A stretch of DNA of 64,000 bases, from the NCBI GenBank assembly GCA_000092065.1, contig CP000588.1; one strand, written 5' to 3'. The position numbers were made by a program, and so were the translations under genes. Below are positions 19,609-30,000 of the stretch, piece after piece (within the stretch, counting starts at the first letter, position 1; each line of letters opens with the position of its first letter). The notes under the pieces were generated by a model. That model was given only the letters and a program-made list of their open reading frames with translations. It did not search any database and was not told where the DNA came from. Source of the stretch: Ostreococcus lucimarinus. Lineage: Eukaryota.

Positions 19609-21276
19609 CTACAGTCCTTGTCCCGTTATCGTCAAAGCCATCCCTTGTAACTGCGTCAATGCTTCGTGTAGTCGCAGTTGCGCTTTGATTTTCAACTGGA
19701 TTCTACGCAATGCGTTGTCCACAGCCGAACTCGCGCCGACGTCGCCACCGTACAAGTCGACGATTCGGTTCGCAATGTTCACCATCTGCGCCGTGTGGCG
19801 CGGCTTGGAGATATTTTTCTCTATATACTCCAAAATCGGAAGCAGCGACTGGTCGTCGCGGTTGGCGAGTGCCTTCTGAAGCCCCCCTCTTCGACCGACT
19901 TCTTCTATGACTGCGGCGACAACTTCCGCCCTACCCACGTGCAACGCCGCGTCCAGGGCGTCTCCGTATCTAAATTGTTTCAACATTCGATCGTGCGCGG
20001 CCAAGTGCACACGTCGTCGACGAAGCACTCGCGTGGCGTCTGCCGCCGCTTTAGAGTTTTGACCTCGAATAAAGTACCGCCAATGACTCGCATCCAGTCG
20101 TCGAGGTTTCTTCACCGTGAAGCCCTTCTTTTTACTTCGAACGCCTTGATACCCCGAAGGGTCGTCACTGTTACGAGGTTTCGTTCGTCTGCGAACGCTC
20201 AATACTTTATTGGCTAGTCCAGTGGCAAGGCAGTTCGCGTCTGGCGAGAGCGAGCACGTCAGCACGGGTCCAGGGTACTTGATCGAGTGCGTCACGGTGA
20301 AAGTGTCGAGTTCGTGAATCTTGACGAAGCCGTCCAAGGAGCCGGTGATCATGCGAGGCGCGTTTGATTCGAGCGCGCTTTCGCTACCGATCTCATATCC
20401 AGATGCGAACGATGGCGGGCCCGCGTCCGGGTGCACGTGCACGGTGGTGATGGTCTTCTGGTGACTGCGCAACCGACGAAGCAACCGGCCGCCGCCGATG
20501 GCGTCCCACACGCACACGTCCTCGCCACCGACGGAGACGAGCAAGTTTCCGTTGGGATACCACGCGACATCTTCCACGGGCGAACCATGATCGAGCGTCA
20601 TCACCGCCTCGCGTCCTTGTCTAGCGTCCCAAATTTTCACCGTGTGGTCGTACGACCCGCTCGCCCACATCTCTTGAGAAACCGTACTCCGCTCGAGCGC
20701 TCGAACGTAATCCGTGTGCCCATCGTGCCTTCGCACGCAATTCCCAGTGGAAATATCCCATATTCGCACCGTCGCGTCGTCGCTCGCCGACCCTAAGTGC
20801 AGCTTATCCGCGCTCCATCGCACCGCGCGAACCGCCGCGGAGTGCGTCGTAAACTTTCTCAAAACCGCTCGCGACCCGCAATCAAACAACTGCACCACCC
20901 CAGCCTGTCCTCCGACCGCCAGCGCCTTCCCATCGTCTCTCAGCACACCACTGTACGCCACGTCCTTAAATCGCGCGAACGTCCTCAATTTTCTCGCTCC
21001 GCTCGGCGCGTACAGCGTCACCCTCGCCCCGCTCGTCGCCGCCAACGCGCCGCGTTCGCCCCCCGACGACCCCGCGCCTCCGTACGACACGCTCGTCACC
21101 GCGTTCACCTGTTCGCTCAGCGCGGTGGATTTATATTCTCGCCAGTACCTTCCCTCGCCCGTCTCTCGCTTCGCTCGCGCGGCGTAGCGTTTGATTGGAA
21201 GTTTTCGGTACTCGCCCAAACCGGCGGCGAAGAATCCTCCCGCGTCGCCGCGCGCGTTGTGCTCGCGCGCGTCCAT
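19609..21276 (-). CDS. UTP15: U3 snoRNP protein UTP15 (WD40 repeats plus UTP15_C domain)
   Basis: 'RFKDVAYSGVLRDDGKALAVGG…VQLFD', 'GSYDHTVKIWDAR', 'YFIRGQN' and a C-terminal helical domain match UTP15. In-frame ATG at 21276 (MDAREHN) preferred over the Arg-rich 5' extension. Confidence 0.85.
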   Translation of the reverse strand: MDAREHNARGDAGGFFAAGLGEYRKLPIKRYAARAKRETGEGRYWREYKSTALSEQVNAVTSVSYGGAGSSGGERGALAATSGARVTLYAPSGARKLRTFARFKDVAYSGVLRDDGKALAVGGQAGVVQLFDCGSRAVLRKFTTHSAAVRAVRWSADKLHLGSASDDATVRIWDISTGNCVRRHDGHTDYVRALERSTVSQEMWASGSYDHTVKIWDARQGREAVMTLDHGSPVEDVAWYPNGNLLVSVGGEDVCVWDAIGGGRLLRRLRSHQKTITTVHVHPDAGPPSFASGYEIGSESALESNAPRMITGSLDGFVKIHELDTFTVTHSIKYPGPVLTCSLSPDANCLATGLANKVLSVRRRTKPRNSDDPSGYQGVRSKKKGFTVKKPRRLDASHWRYFIRGQNSKAAADATRVLRRRRVHLAAHDRMLKQFRYGDALDAALHVGRAEVVAAVIEEVGRRGGLQKALANRDDQSLLPILEYIEKNISKPRHTAQMVNIANRIVDLYGGDVGASSAVDNALRRIQLKIKAQLRLHEALTQLQGMALTITGQGL

Positions 21277-21517
21277 GTTCGCGCCTCGCGATCGATCGCG
21301 CGCCTTCGCGTCGACGCTCGCGCGCGCGCACCGTCGCGAGGTCGCGCTCGACGCTCGCGCGCGCGCGTCGCTCTCTGGGGCGGCGGCGGCGGCGCCAGTC
21401 CGCGACGCATCGCGCATGCGCATCGCGCGCGTCGCTCACCGCGCGCTTCGTCTCGCCCGCGGACGCGCGATTCGGCGCGAGCGCGACTCGCCGGTCGCGC
21501 GCGCGCGATCGCGCGCG

Positions 21518-22174
21518 ATGGCGTCGACGGGCGACGCGTCGACGGTGACGGAGACATTCTTCTTGGACGATTTCGCGGTGCGACAGTGGGACGACGAGCG
21601 ATACAGCGGCACGCGGATCGCGCACGACAAGGCGGACTTCGTGCGAAAGATTCAAGAGGCGCACGAGAGCGGGAAGTCGCCGTTGGTGGATGGGTACGCG
21701 CCGTTTTGCAAACACGTGTTTGTGGAAAATTTCGTCGGCGCCAAGGTCGGCAACGTGGAGATTACGAAATCGAACGAACACCTGTTGAAGAGCGGATACA
21801 GCGCGCGATCTGAGGCGGAATTAGCGGTTCTCACGCGATGGTTTCAAGCGTCGGACGTGGAAGCGCCGGAGGCGACGCATTTGGATGTGATTTTGTACTC
21901 GCGCGAGCAGTTGGAGCTCGAACGCGCGGCGGTGCCGAGTAAGAGCGAGCGACCGCCGTTGCCGAACGCGCCGTGGGGGATCATCAGCGTCAAGGCGCAG
22001 AGCGAGGATTACGAAACGCCCATGCAACCGATCACGATGATGCGGAACGCTTTAGGTCGCGAGCAAGGCGGTTCGGGGGTGCCGCTCGAGAAGGATAAGT
22101 ACGACGCCTCCGTGGCGTACTGGGCGAATCACGCCCCGATCGTCGCCTCCGAGGACGGCGCCGCGGGGGACTGA
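21518..22174 (+). CDS. Conserved protein of unknown function (DUF3228-like)
   Basis: 218-aa ATG-initiated ORF, globular composition ('GYAPFCKHVFVENFVGAKVGNVEI', 'WGIISVKAQ'); divergent from UTP15. Confidence 0.7.
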   Translation: MASTGDASTVTETFFLDDFAVRQWDDERYSGTRIAHDKADFVRKIQEAHESGKSPLVDGYAPFCKHVFVENFVGAKVGNVEITKSNEHLLKSGYSARSEAELAVLTRWFQASDVEAPEATHLDVILYSREQLELERAAVPSKSERPPLPNAPWGIISVKAQSEDYETPMQPITMMRNALGREQGGSGVPLEKDKYDASVAYWANHAPIVASEDGAAGD

Positions 22175-22288
22175 ATCGAGTCATCGGGCGACGTGCGCGC
22201 GCTGTGTACATCAATCAATATCAATCGAAAAATTTAAAGACTTTACAATCGCCTACGACTTTCCGAGCGAGCCTCTCGCTCGCCGCGA

Positions 22289-22750
22289 TCACTTTAACAA
22301 CTCCAACACCGCATCGCGCTTGTCCGGGTTCGCCTTCCCCGCGAGATCCGCCACGGAGTTACCATCTAAATCAACCGTGTTCTTATCCGCACCCGCGGCT
22401 AAGATTTCTTCAATCTTTGGCGTATCGCCCTCGGCGCTCGCGAACAACAGGATGATATCCACCGGATGCAAACCGCTTTCGATGAGGGCGTTCATTCGGT
22501 CGTACGTCCCCTCCACCGCGAGGCATCCCATGTAGTTGAAGTAATGTTCGACGTCATCCTTGTCGTAATCGTCCCGTCCTTGGCTTCCGACGATGCCAGC
22601 GGCGGTGGAATCTTGACGAAAGCGATTGAAAAAGGCGGTGCACTTGGCGCCGTTGGATGGCGCGCGCAAACGCAGGGCGTCGCGGCGTTTGCCCTGCGCG
22701 CCGGCGAAAGACGTGCGCAGGATAACTTGTGCGCGCGCAGAAGCGATCAT
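22289..22750 (-). CDS. LTD: LHCP TRANSLOCATION DEFECT (LTD)-like chloroplast ankyrin protein
   Basis: 'VEHYFNYMGCLAVEGTYDRMNALIESGLHPVDIILLFASAEGDTPKIEEILAAGADKNTVDLDG' closely matches plant LTD. N-terminal transit-peptide-like 'MIASARAQVILRTSFAGAQ'. Track start 22810 is GTG; ATG at 22750. Confidence 0.8.
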   Translation of the reverse strand: MIASARAQVILRTSFAGAQGKRRDALRLRAPSNGAKCTAFFNRFRQDSTAAGIVGSQGRDDYDKDDVEHYFNYMGCLAVEGTYDRMNALIESGLHPVDIILLFASAEGDTPKIEEILAAGADKNTVDLDGNSVADLAGKANPDKRDAVLELLK

Positions 22751-22864
22751 GGCGCGCGGTCGACGCGAGGTGAAGTGACGCGCCGCGGTGGATGTGTTAT
22801 CCACTTCCACGTCGCGGCGAGGGACAAACCCGAGAGCGAGGCGCCGGATTTGGATGACAGACAG

Positions 22865-24955
22865 CTAGCGCGCGGCGATGGACGCGATGAACGCCGCGAA
22901 TGCGGATTCTTCGAGCTTTGGGAGAGCGTAATACGCGGCGCCGAGCGCGTCGGCGATGTCGAGACAGAAATGCTCGCTGACGAAGGCGGAATCCGTGTCG
23001 ACGACGAGCGTCTTGAGGAAGCCGAGCCGACGCGTGGCGATGGAAACTTCTAGAACCTCGTCGCGGAGGGCTTTACGAGTTAACGCGGGCTCCATGGATC
23101 GCCAACGCGGGTCTTCGGACCATCGCAGGCTGCGCGTCGGGCGTCCGTCGCTCAAGATCACTTCGCGGACGGAGCCGACGCTAGACTTCAATTTGGATGT
23201 GCGCGCGTTCAGAGCGCAGCGAGCGGCGACAGAGAGCCCGTGGGCGAGAGGGGTACCGCCGCCGCACGGCATCACGGCGAGCCGTCGGCTCACGAGCACG
23301 GTCGATCTCGTGGGTGGCAGGAGCACGACGGCGGCGTCGTGCGAGAATTCGACGAGCGCCACGAGATCGCGCTTCGTGTACGAAACCTCCAGGAGCTTGA
23401 ACACTGCGGCTTTCGCGACGGACATACGATTGATCGCCATCGAGCCGCTGGCATCGACGACGAATATCGTGAGCGATGCGCTTCGTCGACTGAGCTTCTT
23501 TAGCCTCACGTCGTCCTTCGTGATGAACACGCGTCTCGGTGAGACTTCGCCCGGTTTCAGGCGCCGTTGCCGACGAACGATTTGGTACGGCGCCGCCGCT
23601 CGAAGCGTGGCGTCGACGGCGATTTTGCCTCTCATTTGTCCGCTCTTCGGGAAAATTGGTTTCACGTACCTGCCTCGCATTAAATCGAACACCTTTTCGC
23701 GCTTGGTCCGTCCGCTCACGGAGCCTCGTGATTTCTTCTCCGCGAAGCTTCTCAACATTGCCTTTTCAAACGCGTTGAGCAGTGAATTGACATCAAGACC
23801 ACTTTCATCGGCTCTTTGGACTTCTGGCTCGATCTCTTCCACTTGATCTTCCTCCTCTTCCTCCTCTTCCTCCTCTTGCTCTTCGTCTTCCTGATCTTGT
23901 TGTTCTTCTGCTTCGCGCTCGTTCTTCTGCGTCGCCGGCGGCGGCGGCGGCGGCGGCGTCAACGCATCGTCTGGTGGTTCACGAGTCGCACGTGGAAGTA
24001 TGCTCAAAGAAATCGCCATATTCACATCTTGATCGTTCACCTCGTACGAATGCCGAAGCGCGGCCGAGGCGCGTGCGACTTTCACGGCGAAGAGCTCCGC
24101 TCGATGACCTTGGCATGCGCAGTCCACGGCTATTTTGACCAATCGCCGCACGTTGGCTTCCGATATTTGTACCCCGGGTAAAAAGACGTGATGTGCGAGC
24201 TCGATGTGCTCTCCCAAAGCCTTTTGCTCTGTGTATGAATCACTGACGACGCGACGCCAATCATCTTGCCACGCCATCGCGGCGTCGATCGCCGCGAGTC
24301 GCGTCGTCGTCTGCGCGAGGGCGCCTTCGTCGTCGTCGGTCCCACAAATCATCGCGAATCGATCCACGACGTGCGACCGTAGCTCAGACTCGGCGGGATT
24401 GAAACTCGCGAGCGCGAGACATTCGCAAGGCATCGTAGTGCTCAAACCTTCCCTTTCGACTCTCGCGATGCCTTCGGCGAGACTCGACTGAATCATCGCC
24501 AAAATGGAATCGTCCAGCAAATTGATTTCATCGATGTAGAGCGCCCCACCGTTCGCAAGAGCGAGCAATCCAGGCTGAAACACCGCTAAACCAGATTTCG
24601 CGCTCGCATTGATGTCGAGCGTGCCCGCAACCATGTCCTCGGTGACGCCGAGCGGCACGCTGACGAAACTCGGCGCTCCAATGTCGGCACCCATCACGCG
24701 CGGTCGCGGCAACAGCGACTTCACGCTGCGACATAAGATCGATTTGCCGGTCCCACGTCGACCGCTGACGATCAATGAGCACGCAGGATCGACGGCCGCT
24801 ACGAGGAGTGCAGCTTTGACGCCGTCGTGGTTCACTATCGCCGTCAGCGGCATGGGTTGCGGGTCGAAAACTGGGGCGCTCGCGGCGCGCGCGCTCGCGC
24901 GCGCGGGCGGCGCGCGGCGAATGAATTTGATCGTGAAAGGCTTTACGGTGCGCAT
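22865..24955 (-). CDS. CHLD: Magnesium chelatase subunit D (ChlD)
   Basis: N-terminal AAA+ module (GRRGTGKS, 'LYIDEINLLDD'), a Pro-rich acidic linker (PPPPPPP…EEEEEEEEED) and a C-terminal VWA domain with MIDAS ('VVDASGSM'). Transit-peptide-like N-terminus. Confidence 0.9.
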   Translation of the reverse strand: MRTVKPFTIKFIRRAPPARASARAASAPVFDPQPMPLTAIVNHDGVKAALLVAAVDPACSLIVSGRRGTGKSILCRSVKSLLPRPRVMGADIGAPSFVSVPLGVTEDMVAGTLDINASAKSGLAVFQPGLLALANGGALYIDEINLLDDSILAMIQSSLAEGIARVEREGLSTTMPCECLALASFNPAESELRSHVVDRFAMICGTDDDEGALAQTTTRLAAIDAAMAWQDDWRRVVSDSYTEQKALGEHIELAHHVFLPGVQISEANVRRLVKIAVDCACQGHRAELFAVKVARASAALRHSYEVNDQDVNMAISLSILPRATREPPDDALTPPPPPPPATQKNEREAEEQQDQEDEEQEEEEEEEEEDQVEEIEPEVQRADESGLDVNSLLNAFEKAMLRSFAEKKSRGSVSGRTKREKVFDLMRGRYVKPIFPKSGQMRGKIAVDATLRAAAPYQIVRRQRRLKPGEVSPRRVFITKDDVRLKKLSRRSASLTIFVVDASGSMAINRMSVAKAAVFKLLEVSYTKRDLVALVEFSHDAAVVLLPPTRSTVLVSRRLAVMPCGGGTPLAHGLSVAARCALNARTSKLKSSVGSVREVILSDGRPTRSLRWSEDPRWRSMEPALTRKALRDEVLEVSIATRRLGFLKTLVVDTDSAFVSEHFCLDIADALGAAYYALPKLEESAFAAFIASIAAR

Positions 24956-25036
24956 CGGTGCGCTTGTCGCGTGCAGATGTGTGCGTTTGTTTCGTCGCCG
25001 CCTCGTCGGCCTCGTCTAATGCTACATAAATCTTCG

Positions 25037-26014
25037 CTAACTAATCGCCTTCGGCACGGGCATCGATGCGCGCTTAATAATCTTGATCTCTGGCGTCTTC
25101 TTCGATTCGTTCGCCCGCGCGCTCGGGTTCGGCGCGGCCGTTTGCTTCGGCTTCGGCGTTTTGGTCTTCTTCTTCTTCTTCGATTCCGTCTTGGGCGCCG
25201 CGGGAGCCGCCGTCTTCGCGCCGGTCTTAGACTGCGACGCCTTCCCGGACTTTTTCGAAGATTTCTTCGACGACTTTTTCCCCGCACCCTTTTCGCGCTC
25301 CGCCGCCGCGCGTTGTCGCCACAAAAACTCGAGGAGCGCCGTCGATTTGCGAGGCGCCGATTCCGCGTTCTTCGGCGTCGCCGCCCCCGTCGTCGCCCCG
25401 TTCGCCTTCTTTTTCGCCTCCAGAGCGCCTAAAAACTTCAAATAATCCTCATCTTCCTCGATCGTTCCCTCCAACGCGTTCTCCGCCGGCGCGGTCTCTC
25501 CCGCCGTCGCGTATCGCTCGCCGAACTCTCGCGGCGTCCACTGACTCGGCGCGTACTCCACGCGCGCGCGCGTCTCCTCTCCCCCCCCGCCCTCGATCGC
25601 CCGTCCCTCCTCGTCCCGCGCGCGCACGCGAAACGTCGCCCCATCGTACCTCTCTCGCAGCGCCTTCACCGTCTCCCCGCGCCGCACCGTCGCGTAAAAC
25701 CTCGACGGCGTCGTCGCGCGTCTCGTCGTCGTCGTCGTCGCCCCCCCCGTCCCCCCTCGCGCCTTCCCCCTCGCGTACTCCCACCACTCGAACGTCTCAT
25801 CGAGCGCGCCGAACCCATCCCGCCGCAGCGCTTCCTCGAGCGCCTCTCGCGCGAGCGTCGCCGGCAGGTTTCGTATCACGATTTTCCTTCGTTCGCGCGT
25901 CTCGCGCGCGTCGTCCCGCGGGATCGTCGTCCCGCCGCGTCGTCCGCGTCCGCGTCCCGGCCGTCCGCGCCCGCGTCCGCGTCCCGGGCGTCGCGCGCGC
26001 GCCGGCGCGTCCAT
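25037..26014 (-). CDS. UPF3: UPF3-like nonsense-mediated decay factor (Smg4/UPF3 RRM-like domain)
   Basis: 'KIVIRNLPATLAREALEEAL' and 'VEYAPSQ' match the UPF3 domain ('KVVIRRLPPTLT…', 'IVEFAPFQK'); Lys-rich C-terminal tail. Confidence 0.75.
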   Translation of the reverse strand: MDAPARARRPGRGRGRGRPGRGRGRRGGTTIPRDDARETRERRKIVIRNLPATLAREALEEALRRDGFGALDETFEWWEYARGKARGGTGGATTTTTRRATTPSRFYATVRRGETVKALRERYDGATFRVRARDEEGRAIEGGGGEETRARVEYAPSQWTPREFGERYATAGETAPAENALEGTIEEDEDYLKFLGALEAKKKANGATTGAATPKNAESAPRKSTALLEFLWRQRAAAEREKGAGKKSSKKSSKKSGKASQSKTGAKTAAPAAPKTESKKKKKTKTPKPKQTAAPNPSARANESKKTPEIKIIKRASMPVPKAIS

Positions 26015-26338
26015 CGCGCCGTCGTCCCGCGTCGCGAGGCGTCGCGAGGCGTCCGCGCGCCGTCGACGGACCCGTAAGTTTAGTTTTTCAACACGGACCG
26101 ACGCGACGCGGGCCGATTGGTCCGTGTTTGAGCGTCTCTCCGCGACGACGCGCGACCGCTAGGTCTTCGCGACGGCGCGCGACGACGCCCGATCGCGACG
26201 CGCGTCGACCGAGCGCCGCGCGAGGCGACGCGACCGAACGACGCGCGGCGAACGCGACGTCGAGCACGCGCGAACGCGAGACGCGCGAACGCGAACGCGG
26301 CGAACGCGACCGACGGTGCGCGATCGACGATCGACCGC

Positions 26339-28060
26339 ATGGCGGCTCTTCCGGCGTTCGAACTGCCGACGGTGGCGCGAGACGACGATGGGTTCGGGCC
26401 GCCGCGGAAGGGATTGGTGACGAGCGAGATCACGGAGATGATCTACGCGCCGTATAACAAGACGGATAAGTTTGGGAGGTGCGCGGATTGGATGGGGGAC
26501 GAGCGGGACGGGCACGGGCGCGAGCGGGACGGCGAGGGACGGGAGAGACGAGGGGATAAACAGAGAGACGAACGACGGGAGAGGAAGGATCGGGAGCGAG
26601 AGGGGAAGGGGAAAGACGCGAGCGCGTCCGCGGGTGGGATTGGAGGCGTGGAGACGGTGTTTAATTTCGTCGCCGACGCGGGGGAGGAGGAGAGTTTCAG
26701 TTTGGTGGATAACACGAACGCGCGGTCGAGCGGTGGCGGCGGTGGACGCGGTGGACGCGGTGGCGGACGTTGGAACCAGTTCGGTGGGCGCGGTCGCGGT
26801 CGCGGGAACATGGACGAGGCGGCGCGAGATCTCGGGGTCGGGGCGGAGCGCGAACGCAACCGCCAGGCGCGCATTCAGTCGAGAAAGGCGCAGCAGTGGA
26901 ACACGTGGGCGTACAACAGGCAGCAGCAGCAGGTGCATTACAGCGCGTCCGTGGATATTCGTCCGGATTGGGAAGTCGTGGAACAAATCGCGTTCCCGGA
27001 AATCATCAAGCAGTCCTTGGAGCTCGCCGAGGCGGCGCCAGAGGACTTGGCGACGTACGGCTCTGTGCGTTGGTTCGATAAGTCGTACGATCGCGTGACG
27101 CCCAAGTCCGAAGTACTCCTGCGAAGACGCACGGAAGAACCGCCGCGTAACGTCACGGCGAGCGAAGATCCGATCATTCAGAAGTACGCCGCCGAGGGTA
27201 CGGGCAACGTGTTCACCACCGACGGCGTCTTGGCCGCCGTCATGTGCGCCGCGCGCTCCAACTACTCTTGGGACATCGTCATCAAGAAGAAGGACGGCAA
27301 GATCTTCCTCGACAAGCGCCCCGATGGTAACTTTGATCAGCTCACCGTGTCCGAAACCGCGCAAGAGCCGATTCCGGACGATCCGGAAGACATCAATGGC
27401 GTTCAACAGCTCTCCGCCGAGGGTACCAAGGCGAACCGAGCCTTTGTCGAACAATCGCTCACCGTCGAAAAGGATGCGTACAAGTTCGGTGAACCCGTGC
27501 CTTTCTTCGGCGAAGACGATAACGACTCAATCGCGTATAAGTACCGCAAATGGAACGTCGACGACACCACCAAGCTCGTGTGCCGATGCGAATTGAACGC
27601 CGTGAGCGAATCCAAGGGCATGGACAAGGGCAAAGCGCTGACCACGCTCGTGAAGGCTTTGAACGAATTCGATTCCAAGGTCACAGGGATTGACTGGAGA
27701 CTCAAGATCGAGACGCAGCGCGGTGCGGTGGTTGCCAACGAGCTCAAGAACAACGCGAATAAGCTCGCCAAGTGGACCGCGATGGCCGTGCTCGCCGGCG
27801 CCGAACAAATGAAGCTCGGTTTCGTGTCGCGCGTGCACCCGCGCGATCCGAACGCGCACGCGATCCTGAACACGCAAACGTACAATACGAAGGACTTTGC
27901 ACAGCAAATCAACATCAAGGAAGCGAACATGTGGGGTTCGCTCAAGCTGTTCCTCGATACGTGCCGCAAGTTTGAAGACGGCTCGTACATTTGCGTCAAG
28001 GATCCGTTGAAGAACATCCTTAGATTTTACAAGTACGAGGAGAGTGCGAGCATGTTCTAA
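26339..28060 (+). CDS. EIF3D: Translation initiation factor eIF3 subunit D
   Basis: N-terminal 'FELPTV…GFGPP', a long RG/acidic insert, and strong similarity to the eIF3d core across the remainder (e.g. 'WDIVIKKKDGKIFLDKR'). Confidence 0.9.
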   Translation: MAALPAFELPTVARDDDGFGPPRKGLVTSEITEMIYAPYNKTDKFGRCADWMGDERDGHGRERDGEGRERRGDKQRDERRERKDREREGKGKDASASAGGIGGVETVFNFVADAGEEESFSLVDNTNARSSGGGGGRGGRGGGRWNQFGGRGRGRGNMDEAARDLGVGAERERNRQARIQSRKAQQWNTWAYNRQQQQVHYSASVDIRPDWEVVEQIAFPEIIKQSLELAEAAPEDLATYGSVRWFDKSYDRVTPKSEVLLRRRTEEPPRNVTASEDPIIQKYAAEGTGNVFTTDGVLAAVMCAARSNYSWDIVIKKKDGKIFLDKRPDGNFDQLTVSETAQEPIPDDPEDINGVQQLSAEGTKANRAFVEQSLTVEKDAYKFGEPVPFFGEDDNDSIAYKYRKWNVDDTTKLVCRCELNAVSESKGMDKGKALTTLVKALNEFDSKVTGIDWRLKIETQRGAVVANELKNNANKLAKWTAMAVLAGAEQMKLGFVSRVHPRDPNAHAILNTQTYNTKDFAQQINIKEANMWGSLKLFLDTCRKFEDGSYICVKDPLKNILRFYKYEESASMF

Positions 28061-28122
28061 ACGTGCTAGCTTTCTAATTACGTCTTAGTAGTCAACGACC
28101 GTTGTGATTGAATGAATCTTCT

Positions 28123-29937
28123 TCATGCCGCCTCGCGTTCCATCCAGTCCCCGCCGCTTCCACGAGACATGTCGTCTCGCAAGTCTTCATCCATCGCCTC
28201 ATCGCCTTCATCTTCATCGTCCGACATTGTCGCCGCAAATTCTGGGTTCCTAGTCTGCTCGAACTTTTCCAACGCCTTTTGAGCGATGACACAATCCGGT
28301 CGAATCGCCAAAGCGCGCGTGTAATACTTGACGCTCTCCGCCGTTTGCCGTGATAACATCAATGCCTGCGCTAGGCGGCAATACAGCTGAATGAGTTCAT
28401 CCTCATCCGAAGGTTGATAGTCGTCGAGCTGTCGCTGCAAAATCGCCCGAGCGACGTGTACTTTGCCTATTCTGATGTTCAACGCCGCGAGCGCTTTCAC
28501 GGCGCGCACGAGGCGCGGATTGTACGCGAGCGCCTGCTCGTACGCCTTGATCGCCTTGTCGTACTGGTCCTTGTTCTTCGCGTGGACGTCCCCGAGCAAG
28601 CTCCACGCGACCGCGTTTTGCGGACTTCGCTTGTGCGCCTGTCTGGCACACATCATAGCGTTCGCCATCGATCCCAACGCAAGATACGACTTGACCAATC
28701 CGTGGTAAGCCTTCATCGAAACCTTGATGGCGTTGCACTGATTAAACGCGCGGACGGCAGCCTTGTAGCGGTTACCTTTGAGATAAAGAGATCCCAACAC
28801 TAAATGTGCGACATGCGAGCGCGGATTTATTTGTACAGCCTTTTCCGCCGCGACGAGGGCGTCATCGCGACCGCTGTGATGCTCGCGACCGCTGAGCTTG
28901 GTGTCAAAGTATAGCGCCACGCACGTCCACGACTCCGCGGCGTGAGGCGTCAATCGTAACATCTCAGAGCTCAACGCCTCCAACGCGCGCTTCTCACCAA
29001 AGTCGTACAAAATCAATCCGTATTCGTCCATTCCTTCGACGAAGTGTGGATCCATCGCGCGTATAGCGGCGTATTCGCGAATCGCTGCGTCGACGTCTCT
29101 GCCATCGGCGGCGTCCGTGCGCGCTTTTACGCCCGCCACGTAGGGATCATATGGAAACGCGCGCGTCATTTGCGCCACAGCGTTTTGTGCGGTCACGTAA
29201 TCTTCCGCCTCTAACGCGCCGTACGCCGTGGTGTACGCCTCCAGAACTGCAAAATCTTCGCCCTCCGCCTCTGCGTCCGCCGCCGCCTTGCGAATCGCGT
29301 GTCGCGTATCCACCGCCTTCACCCCGAGCTCCGCCAGCGCGACCACGGCCTCGATCGCGAACGGCCACTTCACGAGCACCTCTTTGTACGCCATCACCGC
29401 CGCTCGATCGTGCCCTTCGCTCCGCGCGATTTTCGCCGCCAGCAGTCTATTCTCCAGCGTTCGCTTCGCCGCCGGCGTCTCCTCCAAGCACGCCATCGCC
29501 GCCTTCAGCGACTCCGCGCCTCCGATTCGCACCAACGCGCGCGCTAATTTCATCGACACCTCATCCGCGTCCACGCATTCGAACTTTCCACACGCGTTCG
29601 TCGTCTCTCTCGCGCGTTCGACTCGTCTCGCGAGCGCTCGCGCGCTTCTATACGCCGCCGCCCCCCCCCTGACGTCTCCTCTCCCCATCAGCGCGTCCCC
29701 CTTGACGACGAAATCGATCGCGTCTCGTCGCCATCCATCGCTCGTGCCTCCCGCCGCGCGCATCGCGCCTCCGTCGTCCATCTCGTGTCGCGCCAGCGCC
29801 AGAGAAATCCATCGCAGCGCGCTCTCGTGCGCGTTTTCGTCCATCGCGCGCATCGCGTTCGACGTGCACGCGTCGCGCAGCGCGCGTCGCTTCGCATCCG
29901 ACGCGTCGCCGTCTCGCGTCGCGTCCGCGCGCGCCAT
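28123..29937 (-). CDS. TPR-repeat protein, APC/C subunit-like (APC7/Cdc16-class), with acidic C-terminal tail
   Basis: About 10 TPR-like repeats across the C-terminal 450 aa, ending 'SDDEDEGDEAMDEDL'. ATG at 29937 (MARADATRD) chosen over the Arg-rich upstream extension. Confidence 0.6.
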   Translation of the reverse strand: MARADATRDGDASDAKRRALRDACTSNAMRAMDENAHESALRWISLALARHEMDDGGAMRAAGGTSDGWRRDAIDFVVKGDALMGRGDVRGGAAAYRSARALARRVERARETTNACGKFECVDADEVSMKLARALVRIGGAESLKAAMACLEETPAAKRTLENRLLAAKIARSEGHDRAAVMAYKEVLVKWPFAIEAVVALAELGVKAVDTRHAIRKAAADAEAEGEDFAVLEAYTTAYGALEAEDYVTAQNAVAQMTRAFPYDPYVAGVKARTDAADGRDVDAAIREYAAIRAMDPHFVEGMDEYGLILYDFGEKRALEALSSEMLRLTPHAAESWTCVALYFDTKLSGREHHSGRDDALVAAEKAVQINPRSHVAHLVLGSLYLKGNRYKAAVRAFNQCNAIKVSMKAYHGLVKSYLALGSMANAMMCARQAHKRSPQNAVAWSLLGDVHAKNKDQYDKAIKAYEQALAYNPRLVRAVKALAALNIRIGKVHVARAILQRQLDDYQPSDEDELIQLYCRLAQALMLSRQTAESVKYYTRALAIRPDCVIAQKALEKFEQTRNPEFAATMSDDEDEGDEAMDEDLRDDMSRGSGGDWMEREAA

Positions 29938-30000
29938 GTCTCGTCGCGCGTCGCGCCGTCGAGTGCGGTTTCGAATCGCGACCGACAGACCGCGCCCGCC

